In this document: positions 45,605-58,754 of the stretch, in pieces
How the letters are laid out: each line of letters begins with the position of its first letter
How positions within the stretch are numbered: the first letter of the stretch is position 1
Source of the DNA: Octopus vulgaris
Lineage: Eukaryota
DNA: 64,000 nucleotides
Reading direction: 5' to 3'
Assembly: GCA_951406725.2 (NCBI GenBank)
Contig: OX597835.1
Coordinates: forward strand, 16,740,001 to 16,804,000
Notes under the pieces: model-generated
The model's database searches: none
What the model was told of the DNA's origin: nothing
Seen by the model: the letters and a program-made list of their open reading frames with translations, nothing else
Position numbers and translations under genes: made by a program

Positions 45605-46710
45605 CACCGCATATCTACTTGAATATATACTAATCTATTCCTAAACACTTTCCAAGAATCTATTTTCGGAAAGCTGTAGGCAATATGTTTCGGGTTATAA
45701 CTAGCTTATCCAATTATTAAATTCTATATGAATACCAGTTTAATTTGAAACGAAATCTCCCCGAGGCCAATATAGGTTCGATCCATCGCTACAATCATGG
45801 CTTCAGGATACTTTCCTTTAATAAACCACAAGAAAAAAACAAAACAAAACAAATCCGAAAATAACTACAAAAACTAACCACAAAAAAAAACCGTTTTCAA
45901 GATTTATCTGGTTTTATTTTCCCCTCTTTCGATTTTTTTTTGCCTTGATTTAAGGTCTCCGTTCCATGTAAATGAAATGGTATGTTTTCCATGCTTTAAT
46001 AAACCACCACACAAATTGTTGTTGTTGCTGTTTAGATCCATATTATGTCTAATGTTAGCAACTTGTTTGAGAATAAATATCGCTGTTGTTGTTGTTGTGG
46101 TTCTCGGTCGTCCTCGCTCTTCCCCTCAATCGTGTAAACACAGAAAGGTCAATAGTAACCCCCCGCCGTCATCTATATATCTATATGTCATTTATAATTA
46201 TCCTTTTCTCACTTTATATTAGTTGTTGTTGTTGTCGTTGTAGTTGTTGTTTTTGTTTAGATCCAGCCCAGTACCTGATCTAACGGAGCTACAATCAATA
46301 AAATTCCAGCCTTGACCGCCACCGCTCTTTTAAAGACATAGTGTCCCCTGACGGCGAACTGGCAGAACTGTTAGAACGCTGAATGAAATACCTTCAGGTA
46401 TTCCGAGTTCAAATCCTGCCGAAATCAGCTTTGCCTTTCATCCTTTCGGGGATCGAAAATAAGTAACACTGCAAGGGGATAGACTGACGGAAGTGTTAGA
46501 CTTTAGGTAGGATGTCTTGCAGTATCTGTTTCTTGTGATATTTCTTCTGAACACATTGCGTTCGGGGTTCAAGTCTTGCCGATGTTTAAAGCCTTTGCCA
46601 GGATGATGGACTCTCCCGTCGAGGACGACATATGCGTGTTCAGGTTTTGCCGGACGACCTGCGCAAATGTTTATAGGGATCAAATGTGTGCGCTGTACAG
46701 TAGCTCATCA

Positions 46711-47075
46711 TTCATCATTGTTCGACCGTGGTCGAGACAATGGAATTTACCATGCTACGCCAGACTTCACGGTCCATCATGGTATTACGGAGGTCCTGTT
46801 GCTGGATGCCTGTATCCCTGGAGATTACATCTGGGTAGGAGAGTGTGCGCCCTCTGGTATTGCGAGTAGATGGCTTCCAGAGAAGGAGAGTAGAAATTAC
46901 TTCTTTTTCAGCTCTACAACAATGTCCAGCAAACTGGACTCTCCTACCTTTCACAAGAGATGACACAGGTGGTAGTTTCCCATATATTTGCATTTTGGTT
47001 GGATGGCGCTTCCACGAGAGATTTTGAGCTCTCATAAGGAGGCGAGTGTAGATTCCATCCAACCGCCTCTCAAGC
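46711..47075 (-). mobile_element. RTE-clade LINE 3' fragment
   Basis: LDGIYTRLLMRAQNLSWKRHPT...RRVQFAGHCCR...LLLWKP...DREVWR. Confidence 0.8.
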
Positions 47076-48199
47076 TCACTCCCTCCGTCAAATCGACGTT
47101 ACCTGAACAGGTGCACCCAGGTGTACCACACGCCATGGGTCGAAGTGATTGCAGAGCAACGGCGAGTCGAAGTGTTTTGTACGAGAGCACAACACACCAC
47201 CCGGTCTAGGAATTGAAACCAGGATCTCGCAATCATGAGTGCAACACCCTAACCACTAGGCTATGCGCCCTCTTTGCCAATATACACATAGCAAAATACG
47301 TGTATGTGGGTATGTATGTAGGCATGTATGTATATGTGTGTGTATGTATGTATGTATGTATGTATGTATGTATGTATGCATGCATGCATGCATGCATGTA
47401 TGTATGTATGTATGTATGTATGTATGTAGGCATGTATGTATGTATGCATGTATGTATGTATGTATGTATGTGTGTATGTATGTATGTATGTATGTATGTA
47501 TGCATGCATGTATGTATGTATGTATGTATGCATGTATGTAGACATGTATGTGTGTATGTGTGTGTGCATGCATACATGCATGTGACACAGATACTCAGAA
47601 ATTCCAGGTTAGTGTTTGGATGCTGGAAGATCAGCGGGAGTGAGGAACACCTCACCGTTTTTTTGAAGCATGTCCCTCGGAGAATGTCACTGATATAAAA
47701 CTGGATTCAAAGAATGTCAGTGTACACTTCGGGGATCTTTTGTCGGCACTTGAGGTCATGGAGCTGCCACATTGGGATCCATATAAATATCTTGTCCCGA
47801 CTTACCTTTGGATCCTCTCAGAAGGGTAGAAAGTGTCTGTGAGGTGCCGTGCAAGCTTTATTGGGCCTAAAATTTGGCACATGCATTGCTGATATTTTGC
47901 AGGGACATTGCGGCTTGAGTGCATAATCAATATTCTTAATGGTCAGTGACTACAAGTGGATAATTCCATCCACTGGATAGGACGCGAGTCTGTTGTAGGG
48001 TTATACTTTCTTACAACTGTGTGGACTACAGCAATGTGAAATAAAATGTTCTGTTCAAGGGAACACGACGTACCACCTAGTCTGCAAATCAAAAACCATG
48101 ATTGCAAGATCTTGGGTGCAGCACCCCACCACTCCAACCCTCTAGGCCCCATACCCTCATCGTCCTTAAACATTGAAATGAATCATAATCGAGACTTAC

Positions 48200-48268
48200 C
48201 TCAATAAATCTCTTGCTTCAAGAACTTCATTAGAATTCATTTTAAGACCATGGATAAACATATCAGTT
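48200..48268 (-). CDS. Cadherin-23-like gene, exon, phase 2 to 2
   Basis: tttcttcag|A...AG|gtaagt. TDMFIHGLKMNSNEVLEARDLL, in frame with the neighbouring exons. Confidence 0.88.
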
Positions 48269-48439
48269 CTGAAGAAAAATAAACACGAAATTAAAAAAAC
48301 ATTAGAATCGATAAATATGTTTAGAACACGTTCTGTGTGACATGTATAGGACCGATTGCTTGACCCCTAGTCGCTGTTGTTGGTGTTTAATCTGAAGAAG
48401 GCTCTCATGGAGCAGAATTATAATCAAACACGGTTGAGC

Positions 48440-49825
48440 AATGACTCAACGCTCCACTCAGCGACTTTTCACTCAATGCCAACTCATTCAAAGACATGTT
48501 AATAAACGAGGCTTACTCAACAACAATTCAGTCAGCGACGTTTAGTCAACAGTAAACGACACTCCACTCGAGACACTCCACTCAACGGCATGTCACTCAA
48601 CAATATTTCGCTCAACAATTCTCCACTCAGTTACATCTCAATGAAGAATACTTTACTCAAAAATCTCTAACGATATTTCACTCCACGATACATCAACTCA
48701 AAGACTCTCCACTCAGACACTCAGTGACACTCCAATCAACGCCAATCCACGCAATGACGCTCCACTCAATGATACTTCACTCCACCACACTCTACCAAAT
48801 AACACTCCACTCAACCACACTCCACTCAGTGACATTTTGCTCAACGATACTCCACTCAAAGACACCTTACTTGCAACGACACTTTATTCAAGACGCACTA
48901 CTCAACCATTCTCCACTTAGCAACACTTTACTCAACATCTCAATCTACGACGCCTGCTCAACAATAATTTAACAACACTCTCCTCCACGCCACCTCACTC
49001 AATAACACCACATTAGATGACACTTCACTCAACGGTACCTCATTCAACAAAACCTCACTCAATGACACCTCACTCAACAACACCTCACTCAACCATACTT
49101 CACTCATCAACACCTCACTCAACGACACTTCCCTCAACGACGCCTCATTCAATGGCACTTCACTCAACGGTACGTCGTTCAACAACACCTCACTCAGTGA
49201 CAACTCGTGACACCTCATTCAACCATACTTCATTCATCGACGATACTTCACTCAACAATCCTTCACTCAACGACGCCTCACTCAATAGCACTTCACTGAA
49301 CAACGCTTCACTCAACGACACCTCTTTCAATGACACCTCACCCCTCAACGACACCTCATTCGACGACACCTCACTCAACGACACCTCATTCAATGACACT
49401 TCACTCAATGACATCTCACTCAATGACACCTCACTCAACGACACCTCAATCGACGACACCTCACTCAACGACACCTCTTTCAATGGCACCTCACCCCTCA
49501 ACGACACCTCATTCGATGACACCTCACGCAACGACACCTCATTCAATGACACTTCACTCAATGACACCTCACTCAATGACACCTCACTCAACGACACCTC
49601 AATCGACGACACCTCACTCAACGACACCTCTTTCAATGACACCTCACCCCTCAACGACACCTCATTCAATGACACTTCACTCAACGACACCTCTTTCAAT
49701 GACACCTCACCCCTCAACGACACCTCATTCGATGACACATCACGCAACGACACCTCATTCAATGACACTTCACTCAATGACACCTCACTCAACGACACCT
49801 CACTCAACGACACTTCACTCAGTGA
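48440..49825. repeat. 15-bp minisatellite (CTCAACGACACCTCA)n filling an intron
   Basis: Homogeneous units at 49200-49820, progressively degenerate toward 48440. Confidence 0.9.
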
Positions 49826-49876
49826 TATGAGAATGACATCCACATAAAATATCTAAAAAAAAGGCTTAATTCTTAC

Positions 49877-49963
49877 TTTTTCAGATCTGGTTCTCCATTT
49901 GGGTTTTGGTGTGTTTTAATTCTGTCAATAATTATATTCAGACCAGTGATGTTTTGTAAACGA
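49877..49963 (-). CDS. Cadherin-23-like gene, exon, phase 2 to 2
   Basis: tattccag|T...AA|gtaag. RLQNITGLNIIIDRIKTHQNPNGEPDLK matches the LSNITG motif of CDH23-type membrane-adjacent domains. Confidence 0.88.
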
Positions 49964-50354
49964 CTGGAATAGAGAGAGAGAGGAAGAGAAAGAGATGGAA
50001 AGGATGAGTGAACGATAGATAGATATGTTTCTTTATTACCCACAAGGGGCTAAACATAGAGGAGACAAACAAGGACAGACAAACGAACTAAGTCGATTAC
50101 ATCGACCCCATTGTGTAACTGGCACTTAATTAATCGACCCCGAAAGGATGAAAGGCAAGTCGACCTCGGCGGAATTTGAACTCAGAACGTAACGGCTACG
50201 CATTTCGCCCGGCGTGCTAACGGTTCTGCCAGCTCGCCATAGATAGATAGATAGATAGAAAAAGTGAGGGGGAGAGAGAGAGAAAGAAAGAATGAGTAAG
50301 TGAGGGATAGAGATAGAAAGATAAATAGAGAGACAGAGAGGGAGAGGGAGAGAG

Positions 50355-50682
50355 AGAAAGATTAAGGATGAGAGAGAGATAGAGAAAGAAAGAGAGATTA
50401 AGGATGAGAGAAAGAGAGAAAAATTAAGAATGAGAGAGAGAGAAAGGGAGAGAGAGACAGATCAAAGATGAGGGAGAGAGAGAAAGAGGAAGAAAGATTA
50501 AGGATGAGAGAGAGAGAGAGAGAAAGATTAAGGATGAGAGAGAGATAGAGAGAGAAAGATTAAGGATGAGAGAGAGAGAGAAAGAAAGATTAAGGATGAG
50601 AGAGTGAGAGAGAGAGAAAGATTAAGGATGAGAGAGGGAGAGAGAGAAAGAAAGATTAAGGATGAGAGAGTGAGAGAGAGAG
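50355..50682. repeat. Compound tandem repeat (GAAAGATTAAGGAT(GA)n)
   Basis: About 10 variable-length units. Confidence 0.85.
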
Positions 50683-51333
50683 ACCCTTAAAAAAAGAGAC
50701 CTTTAGGAAAAGTAGCAGAATGAAAATAAACGCCGGGGTCGATTTGGTTAAAAAGACTATTCAATAAAGTGCCCCAGCATGGCCGTAATCAAATGGCCAA
50801 AACAAGCAGGAGAATAAAAGAATAAAAGAGCAAACGATAAAAGAATAACGGAATAAAGACTAAAGAATTATTGGTTATTGAAAGGAACGATTGATTAATA
50901 AAATAGTTGTAACGAGTTAAAGAGCGGCCATTTGTTATTGGAATGGTTAAAAGTAATTGAGGAATTATTGGTTGGAATCAGTTCACAGTGAATTAGGTTG
51001 GGGAAAAAAAGTGAAGAATATAAGTTGATTAGTCAAAAGTGATGCCACGTAAAAAAAAAAGAAAATAAGAAAAAAGAGGACAAAACGAAGAAAACCGATA
51101 ACAACAACAAAAATATAATAGATAAAAATAAAGAAAAACAAAAAAAAATGAAGAGAAGTTGTAGCAGAATATATTGTGACGTCAGAAGAGAGAGATCTAT
51201 ATCAGAGGAAAATCTAAATATGGTTAAAACATAAAAAATAATGAAAAAACAAAAACAAAACAAAACAAAACAAATACCCCCACCAAACAAATCAGACACA
51301 AATCTAAAGAACTTCGTTACTTAAGAAACAACT

Positions 51334-51365
<32 letters not shown>

Positions 51366-51373
51366 CATTCACA

Positions 51374-51424
<51 letters not shown>

Positions 51425-51653
51425 GTGTGTAGGGAGAGTTTATGAAAAAATAACAGACGAAGACAGGTGGTGTACAAAACAAACAGATGTATTAGTACAA
51501 CGCTCAGGAATAGAAAATGTCTTTTACGTTTCGAGCCTACGTTCTTCTAGAGAAAGGGACACAGAAAAAAGCAAGGAGAGAAACAAGGAGAGAAAAAATG
51601 AATGTAGTGGCTAACGATCTACCATGGTGACTATATATATATATATATATATA

Positions 51654-52549
51654 GATAAGAAAGTTTGTTTGGTAAAGCACGTGGGTGAATATATAAGAAA
51701 ATAGTAAAGTGTGAAAAAACGACAGAAGGCTTAAATGTTAAAAGATATATATATTTGTGTCAAAATGTCTGGAGAATATTGGAAAAATTTTTTTCCCTTC
51801 CTTAAAATGACATAATTTTTAAATTTTTAAAGAAATTACCGGTTTCGCGTGTAGCTTTTCAAATTTCTTGTGACGTTATGTTTATATTGCATGGATTTAT
51901 CGTTGTTTTTATTTCCAGGAGATTTCTAAATAAGGGGAGGTAGTGAGTGATTTTTTCCGGTGTAGGGGAGATAATCGCTTAAAAAATTTTTTCCCCATTT
52001 CCTTGTTAATTTCTCTGTGTCAGTATGTTCGGATGGTTGAGTCTGGGTTTGTACTTTTCAATGAAGAATGTTTCCTTGTTCAGTCTCATTTGTGTTGATG
52101 ATCCGAAAGCACATTGGTAAAATGGGAAGATTAAAAATTGTGGCAGTAGTTGCTTTGCGCATTTCTCAATGTGCTCACTAAAAGGTGAAAAGTACAAACC
52201 CAGACTCAACCATCCGAACATACTGACACAGAGAAATTAACAAGGAAATGGGAAAAAAATTTTTAAGCGATTATCTCCCCTACACCGGAAAAAATCACTC
52301 ACTACCTCCCCTTATTTAGAAATCTCCTGGAAATAAAAACAACGATAAATCCATGCAATATAAACATAACGTCACAAGAAATTTGAAAAGCTACACGCGA
52401 AACCGGTAATTTCTTTAAAAATTTAAAAATTATGTCATTTTAAGGAAAGGGAAAAAAAATTTTTCCAATATTCTCCAGACATTTTGACACAAATATATAT
52501 ATCTTTTAACATTTAAGCCTTCTGTCGTTTTTTCACACTTTACTATTTT

Positions 52550-52556
<7 letters not shown>
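51654..52556 (-). mobile_element. Penelope-like retroelement 3' end with inverted pLTR copy
   Basis: ~370-bp near-perfect inverted arms (51690-52060 / 52186-52556). The minus-strand ORF end FSEHIEKCAKQ...FLIFPFYQ...RLNKETFFIEKYKPRLN resembles the C-terminus of a PLE GIY-YIG endonuclease. The HHR is in the 3' UTR, and (TA)n flanks both sides. Confidence 0.78.
52376..52415 (+). ncRNA. Minimal type I HHR, U3-A8 variant (mirror copy 51830-51869 -)
   Basis: AAGAAAT-TTGAAAA-GC(TACAC)GC-GAAA-CCGG-TA-ATTTCTT, with a perfect 7-bp stem I and a palindromic stem III. Confidence 0.75.
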
Positions 52557-52606
<50 letters not shown>

Positions 52607-53520
52607 GTATATGTAACACCCTGAGGGGTGACATTGTTTATGAATTGTGTGGAGTTGTCAATGGAATTCTGGAAACTAGGACAACTCAAGAAAACAAGAA
52701 AAACATGGAAAGAAAAAAGGAAACAAAATAGATAAAAACCGAAAAATTAAAAAAAAAGTCTAATTATGAATGGAAATTAAGACAAAAACTATCTTATTTG
52801 GAAAGCATGAAAAATTATAACACAAGTATAAGAAAATATATAAAGAATATTCATATATACTGTTATATATATGCAGTAACGCCTCGATATACGAGTTTAT
52901 TTGTTCCTGCAGACAGTTCGTAAAGCGAAAAATCGTAAAACAGAGCGATAATTTCCCATAGTAGCAATGTTATGAATTGTAATTCGTTCGTTACCTATAA
53001 AATTTATAATACTCGTAAGGAGCACTCCGTCGGTTACGACGATGAGGAGGGTCCCTGTTGATACGATCAACGGAACAGTTTGCTCGTGAAATTAACGTGC
53101 AAGTGACTGAGCAATCCACAGGCACGTGTACCCTTAACGTAGTTCTCGGGGAGATTCAGCGTGACGCAGAGTGTAACAAGGCCAGCCCTTTGAAATACAG
53201 GTACAACTCATTTGTGCCAGCTGAGTGGACTGGAGCAACGTGAAATAAAGTGTCTTGCTCAAGGACACAACACGTTTGCCGGGAATTGAACTCACGACCT
53301 TACAATCGTGAGCCGAATTCCCTAACCACTAAGCCAGGCGCCTTCACAGAAAAAAAAAGTTTGTTTCTGTAGAATTTGAACTCTCTTAGCAGAAATCGGG
53401 ACAAATACTCGGCCACTTATAATACTCGTAAACAAAAGGCAATAAAACAACAGTAGAATGTAATGAATAGCTTATGTAAAGTACAAAGAAGGAAAAGATC
53501 ATTTATAACAAGAAATGTTA

Positions 53521-53890
53521 TTATTACCGCCACCTTAGCGAGGGCAGAGGTATTGTTTTCAGTCGTGTTTGTTTGTTTGTTTATCCGTGGACAAGATATC
53601 TCAAGAACCGCTGGATGGATTTGGATTAAACTTCCAGGGATGTTTGGCCTCGTGACTGGCACAAACTGATTAGATTTTGGGATCGATTCCTTACCGGACA
53701 AGGATTCTGAATTATTTTTCTTGTTGTTTTACTTAATTTTTGAAAGGGGTCGGGTTCACTTTTAGTATTCTCGTTTGTGAGAGAAGTCGAGTTTATTCCA
53801 GATATTCCCATTTTAAAAATCATCTCTGGCTAATCATCGAGAGGACGTTGGTGTTGCCTTGGCGGAGGTTTGCGCTCTCTGAGTGCTTTT
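53521..53890 (+). mobile_element. Helentron/DINE-type non-autonomous element
   Basis: 5' TTATTACCGCC..., internal (GTTT)n, 3' GGCGGAGGT followed by hairpin GCGCTCTCTGAGTGC and a T-run. Confidence 0.6.
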
Positions 53891-54152
53891 GTTATAACTG
53901 CTTTCTGCATCACTTTCACTCACATTAGCCTCGCGTACACTATCACTTGCAGACGTGATTGCTGATTCACAAGCACTCTTAGACGGACTATTTTCCCCTT
54001 TCTATAAAATTTCTCGGTAACACGCAGAAGCATTTGTTTTAGTAGAAGAAACTTTTGCACTCCGTTAAAAAATTTGGGCCTTAAAACCTATTTATCTCTC
54101 TGGATGGAATACCTTTTTGTTGATCTTACCTTAACGGAATGGTAAACTAAAT

Positions 54153-54210
<58 letters not shown>

Positions 54211-54343
54211 CTGTAGAAGAGCGTAGGCTCGAAACGTAAAAGACTTTTTCTATTCCTGAGCGTTATACTAATATATCTGTTTGTTTTGTACACCACCTGT
54301 CTTCGTCATTTGTTTTTGTCGTGAACTCTCCCTATATATATAT

Positions 54344-54456
54344 AAAAGTTTAAAGAGCACAAACACACACACACACACATACACACACACACTCACACAT
54401 GCACACAGACACGCACATGTGTGAGTGTATTATACATATATATATGTAGGTGCATG

Positions 54457-54497
<41 letters not shown>

Positions 54498-54543
54498 ATG
54501 TGTATATACATATACATTTTTGCGTTTGGTATGGTGTTGCATC

Positions 54544-54585
<42 letters not shown>

Positions 54586-54725
54586 GATGCAACACCATAC
54601 CAAACGCAAAAATGTATATGTATATACACATAATAATAAAAAATATATATATACATACATGCACCTACATATATATATATATGTATAATACACTCACACA
54701 TGTGCGTGTCTGTGTGCATGTGTGT

Positions 54726-54761
<36 letters not shown>

Positions 54762-54780
54762 TTGTGCTCTTTAAACTTTT
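54344..54780. repeat. Fold-back inverted duplication centred on (TA)n
   Basis: Unique-sequence arms are reverse complements about ~54565 and differ mainly in microsatellite lengths. Confidence 0.85.
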
Positions 54781-54835
54781 TGTATATGCTAAGTCTCAAG
54801 GGTGCTACAGTCAAAGTAGATCAACACTATAACAC

Positions 54836-54875
54836 TGTGCTGATGACGCCATAAAGGTAGAAACACGCATTTACA
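54836..54875 (+). ncRNA. Degenerate type I HHR
   Basis: TGTG-CTGATGA-C-GCC(ATAAA)GGT-A-GAAA-CACGCA-TT-TACA. Stem III is mismatched. Confidence 0.45.
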
Positions 54876-55372
54876 ATTGTCCCAGTTGTCTCCACAAATA
54901 ACAGGACAAACCGTTTATTTCTTAACGCCATGTCAATTCAACAGAATGTTTGATTAATTGGGAATGATCTCTCCTTCTTATTCAGACTAGGTGATAATTT
55001 CCACTAGGTGTTTGTTTACTTTTCTCCTGTCATGGAAGATTATTTAAAATAATATGATGCATGATATGTAGCATATATTTCTTTAGGTTTATTATTGAAA
55101 TTCACCTCCACTGACCACTCTTGTGTTATTTCCCCCCCCCCCCAGCTCATTTACTATTATTATCATCCACGCCGCCGCCGCCGCCGCCGCCGCAGCCACC
55201 ACTACCACCATCACCACCACCACCACCACCACCACCACCACCACTACTGCTACTACTACTACTACTGAAACTGCATGTAGCTATTATCACCACCACTATC
55301 ACCCCTACTAACACCATCTCCACCACCCCAACACTTCCACCACCACATCACCCACTACTACTACTACTACTT

Positions 55373-55415
<43 letters not shown>

Positions 55416-55765
55416 CACTTATAACCATCATCACCTCCATGACTAGCACTCTAAGGAATAAGGTTAATACTCTCGGCCTTGCTATCGCTAGTACCAACTC
55501 TACCTTTACGAAAACCACTACCACCACCACCACCACCATCACCCATTCTACAAAATTACAAACCACTGATTTTTGGCGTATTTCCGAGTACCTCCAGTAA
55601 TGAATCGTATGCTGCTGCGTACGTTGTTGCAGGAACGACAGCAGCAATAATATTAACAACAACAATAAATACAAAACGGACTGGAATATACCAAGAATAA
55701 ATACAAAATAAAACAATAAATAAAACAAGAATAAATACAAAATGGACTGGAATATACCAACTTAC

Positions 55766-55854
55766 TCTAGAAAATCTTCCTTGATTCTTTGCACGTCTAA
55801 TGGCGGTCTGCGAAATATTACCTTCAATCTCTGGCTATCACTGACAAAGTTTAT
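55766..55854 (-). CDS. Cadherin-23-like gene, exon (start of membrane-adjacent domain), phase 0 to 2
   Basis: ttttccag|ATA...GA|gtaag. INFVSDSQRLKVIFRRPPLDVQRIKEDFL resembles the CDH23 segment IYILRDDQRVKIV (recalled, not searched). Not present in the ORF track. Confidence 0.88.
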
Positions 55855-56199
55855 CTGGAAAACAACCAATCAGAAATCGTTTAATTAGAACCAATGTAAA
55901 ATTGCTTTCGCTTGGAGCAACAAAAACACAATTTTAATACAACCAATCAAATTCAGTTTTATTTCGACCAGTGGTTTTTCAACCGGGGGTTCATATATGA
56001 TTTTTTTTTGTGGGTGGGAGTTTCCATGAAAGCAAATTTGTAAATTGTCCCCCCCTTCCCGGTCCACAAAGTTGTATTTTAAGGGTCCGTGAAAAAGTTT
56101 TGATTTTAAAGTACTTATTGCAAGGAACATCAAAAATTTTTTTCTCCAACGTTTTACGTAGTTCAACCGACAGAAGTTAATGTATGAAAGACAAAAGTT

Positions 56200-56285
<86 letters not shown>

Positions 56286-56445
56286 AGTCTATCTATCTAT
56301 TTTTATCCATCCATACATCCATGTATGTATGTATGTATGTATGTATGTATGTATGTATGTATGTATGTATGTATGTATGTATGTATGTATGTATGTATGT
56401 ATGTATGCAGGTATGTATGTATGTATGTATGCATGTGTGTGTGTA

Positions 56446-56501
<56 letters not shown>

Positions 56502-56794
56502 ATCTATCAGTCTATCTATTTTTTATCCATCCATACATGTATGTATGTATGTATGTATGTATGTATGTATGTATGTATGTAGGCATATATGTATGCGTGT
56601 GTGTGCGTGTGTATATATATATGTATATGTATGTATCTATCTATCCATCTATCTATCTTCATCCATCCATACATCACTGTATGTGTGTGTGTTTCTGCCC
56701 GTATGTCCGTCTGTCCATTTATCTGTCTGTCTGTCCGTCTGCCTGTCTACATATCTGCTTACCTACCTACCTACCTACCTACCTACCTACCTAC

Positions 56795-56865
<71 letters not shown>

Positions 56866-56886
56866 CCTACCTACCTACCTACCCAC

Positions 56887-56970
<84 letters not shown>

Positions 56971-57139
56971 TAGATGTAACTGGTTGGTTTAAAGAGTTGC
57001 GTTAGTTGTAGTCGACTGTGTTAATCCAATTCTTACCGGTGTTAGAAAGACAGAAATCACAACAATATTAAAATAACGTTGACGAAATGATGTTGATGCT
57101 GCAACTGTTGATAAGGATTATAATGATGATGGTGACGAA

Positions 57140-57189
<50 letters not shown>

Positions 57190-58365
57190 CAACGATGATG
57201 ATTGTGTTGCGATTACATCAAAGGAAACAGACTGCCACAATAACCATATATTTAAATCCCAGCGGTCGATCTACACAGTCAAATGTAACCAGCGTATCTA
57301 GAATCAGGAAGCAAAAAGTTGGAGACTGTGAGTCTCATTAGCAGTTGGTCGAATCCCATAATCTGAATAAATCTTTTTAACGCCCTTAAAAAGAAACAAA
57401 CAAAAACCGAAAGCAAAACAAAACAAAAAAATATATATAAAACAGACCATGTACAGATTGCAATGAATTTGCCATGGCTACATCGACTGGAAATCAAAGC
57501 CTCTCTTTTGTAGTGGACACATCAAAGAAGCCTATTAACTACAGTTGTGTAATGAACCTTTTGGAGTTGCTTATATTCTCTATACGTTGCCTTCATCGAG
57601 TCAGAAACGGAAAGTGAAAAAATATAAATAATGATGAGAGAGATTATTGCTAATAAAACGTATGATTATAAAGATATTGATTTCTAACATGGATACACGA
57701 TGCCCTGAGAGTTTTATGGGTAGGGGTACCGTACAAATCCAGAACATCGCTGGTGTTTTATTTTATCGACTCCGTAAACATGAAATTTCAAAGTTGCTCT
57801 CGGCGGTATTTTAATACAGAATGTAGACAGACGTAACAAAATACCGCACAATTTATTGTTACCTGCTCCACAGACTCTTATTTAGATTGTTTGCTGTTTT
57901 ATTTTTTTAAAGATCTATCTTCTCGGTTGATGCGATTCGAACCACTCACTAGCAGAGTTTTATTCTGCTAGTGACAGACGATTTTCCGGTTGAATCAACG
58001 AAACGATGTCCTCCATTAGTTTTTCAAACAGCTCTTATTATTTGTCGGTCAAAACTCGTCTACGGTGTCGCAGGTCTTTGGTGACGGGGCGGGATTTGAA
58101 CTTAGGATGCACAGTGCCGGAAGAGATAAGGCAAAGCGTTTCGTTCGACGCTCTAACAACCCCGTCAATCCGAGGTCCTTGAACTAGCATTAGTAGTAAT
58201 AATGAGCTCTCTTATAAAAATGTTCCTTCTCGAGCCATGCCAGGCTCATAAGGGCCGGTTTCCCGGTTTCAGTGGCTTAGAAATTCCTCACCTGGACTGG
58301 ACGTCGGTCTGTTGCAGGATTACACACACACACAAATATATATATATATATATATATATATGTCG

Positions 58366-58607
58366 ATAGTTGATATTATGCAAAAGTGTCGTAAGTCCAA
58401 AACGTTGTTCTTTTTCATTAAAAAAAAACGGGAAAATAGTTTCACCACTCTAAAACAAAACCGTTGTACAACACTTTGACAGTTTTTGATACTTGGCATC
58501 TGAAGCAGCTGGAGATACGATAGTTTGACCAAAAGAAGTGACTAATGAGAAAGAAAAAACGCATTTGGCCAAATTTGGACATACGACAGTTTAACATAAT
58601 AGCAACG

Positions 58608-58608
<1 letters not shown>
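58366..58608. mobile_element. MITE with ~33-bp imperfect TIRs
   Basis: GTTGATATTATGCAAAAGTGTCGTAAGTCCAAA versus the reverse-complement end GTTGCTATTATGTTAAACTGTCGTATGTCCAAA. A partial copy lies near 13605-13680. Confidence 0.55.
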
Positions 58609-58642
<34 letters not shown>

Positions 58643-58754
58643 TAAAGCTCTGCTAGTGAGAGGTTCGAATAGCATCTACCGAGAAGATAGATCTTAAAAA
58701 AAAATAAAACAGCAAACAATGTAAATAAGAGAAATAGATAGGAAGACTACTCAC

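Noticed and set aside
47806-47866. Possible extra minus-strand cadherin exon with a gtaag donor (also a 17-nt candidate near 54130)
   Set aside because: Both have stop codons in the required phase, and the flanking exons already join in frame.
48383-48430. CTGAAGA-GCTC/GAGC-GAATTATAATC hammerhead-like motif
   Set aside because: One core A is missing, stem I is out of register, and there is a single copy. Too weak to call.
49017-49847. 276-aa mucin-like NDTS protein
   Set aside because: It lies antisense within a cadherin intron, has no signal peptide, and is explained by a 15-bp minisatellite.
50355-50682. Repeat-spacer pattern resembling a CRISPR array
   Set aside because: The spacers are (GA)n tracts, the context is eukaryotic, and there are no cas genes.
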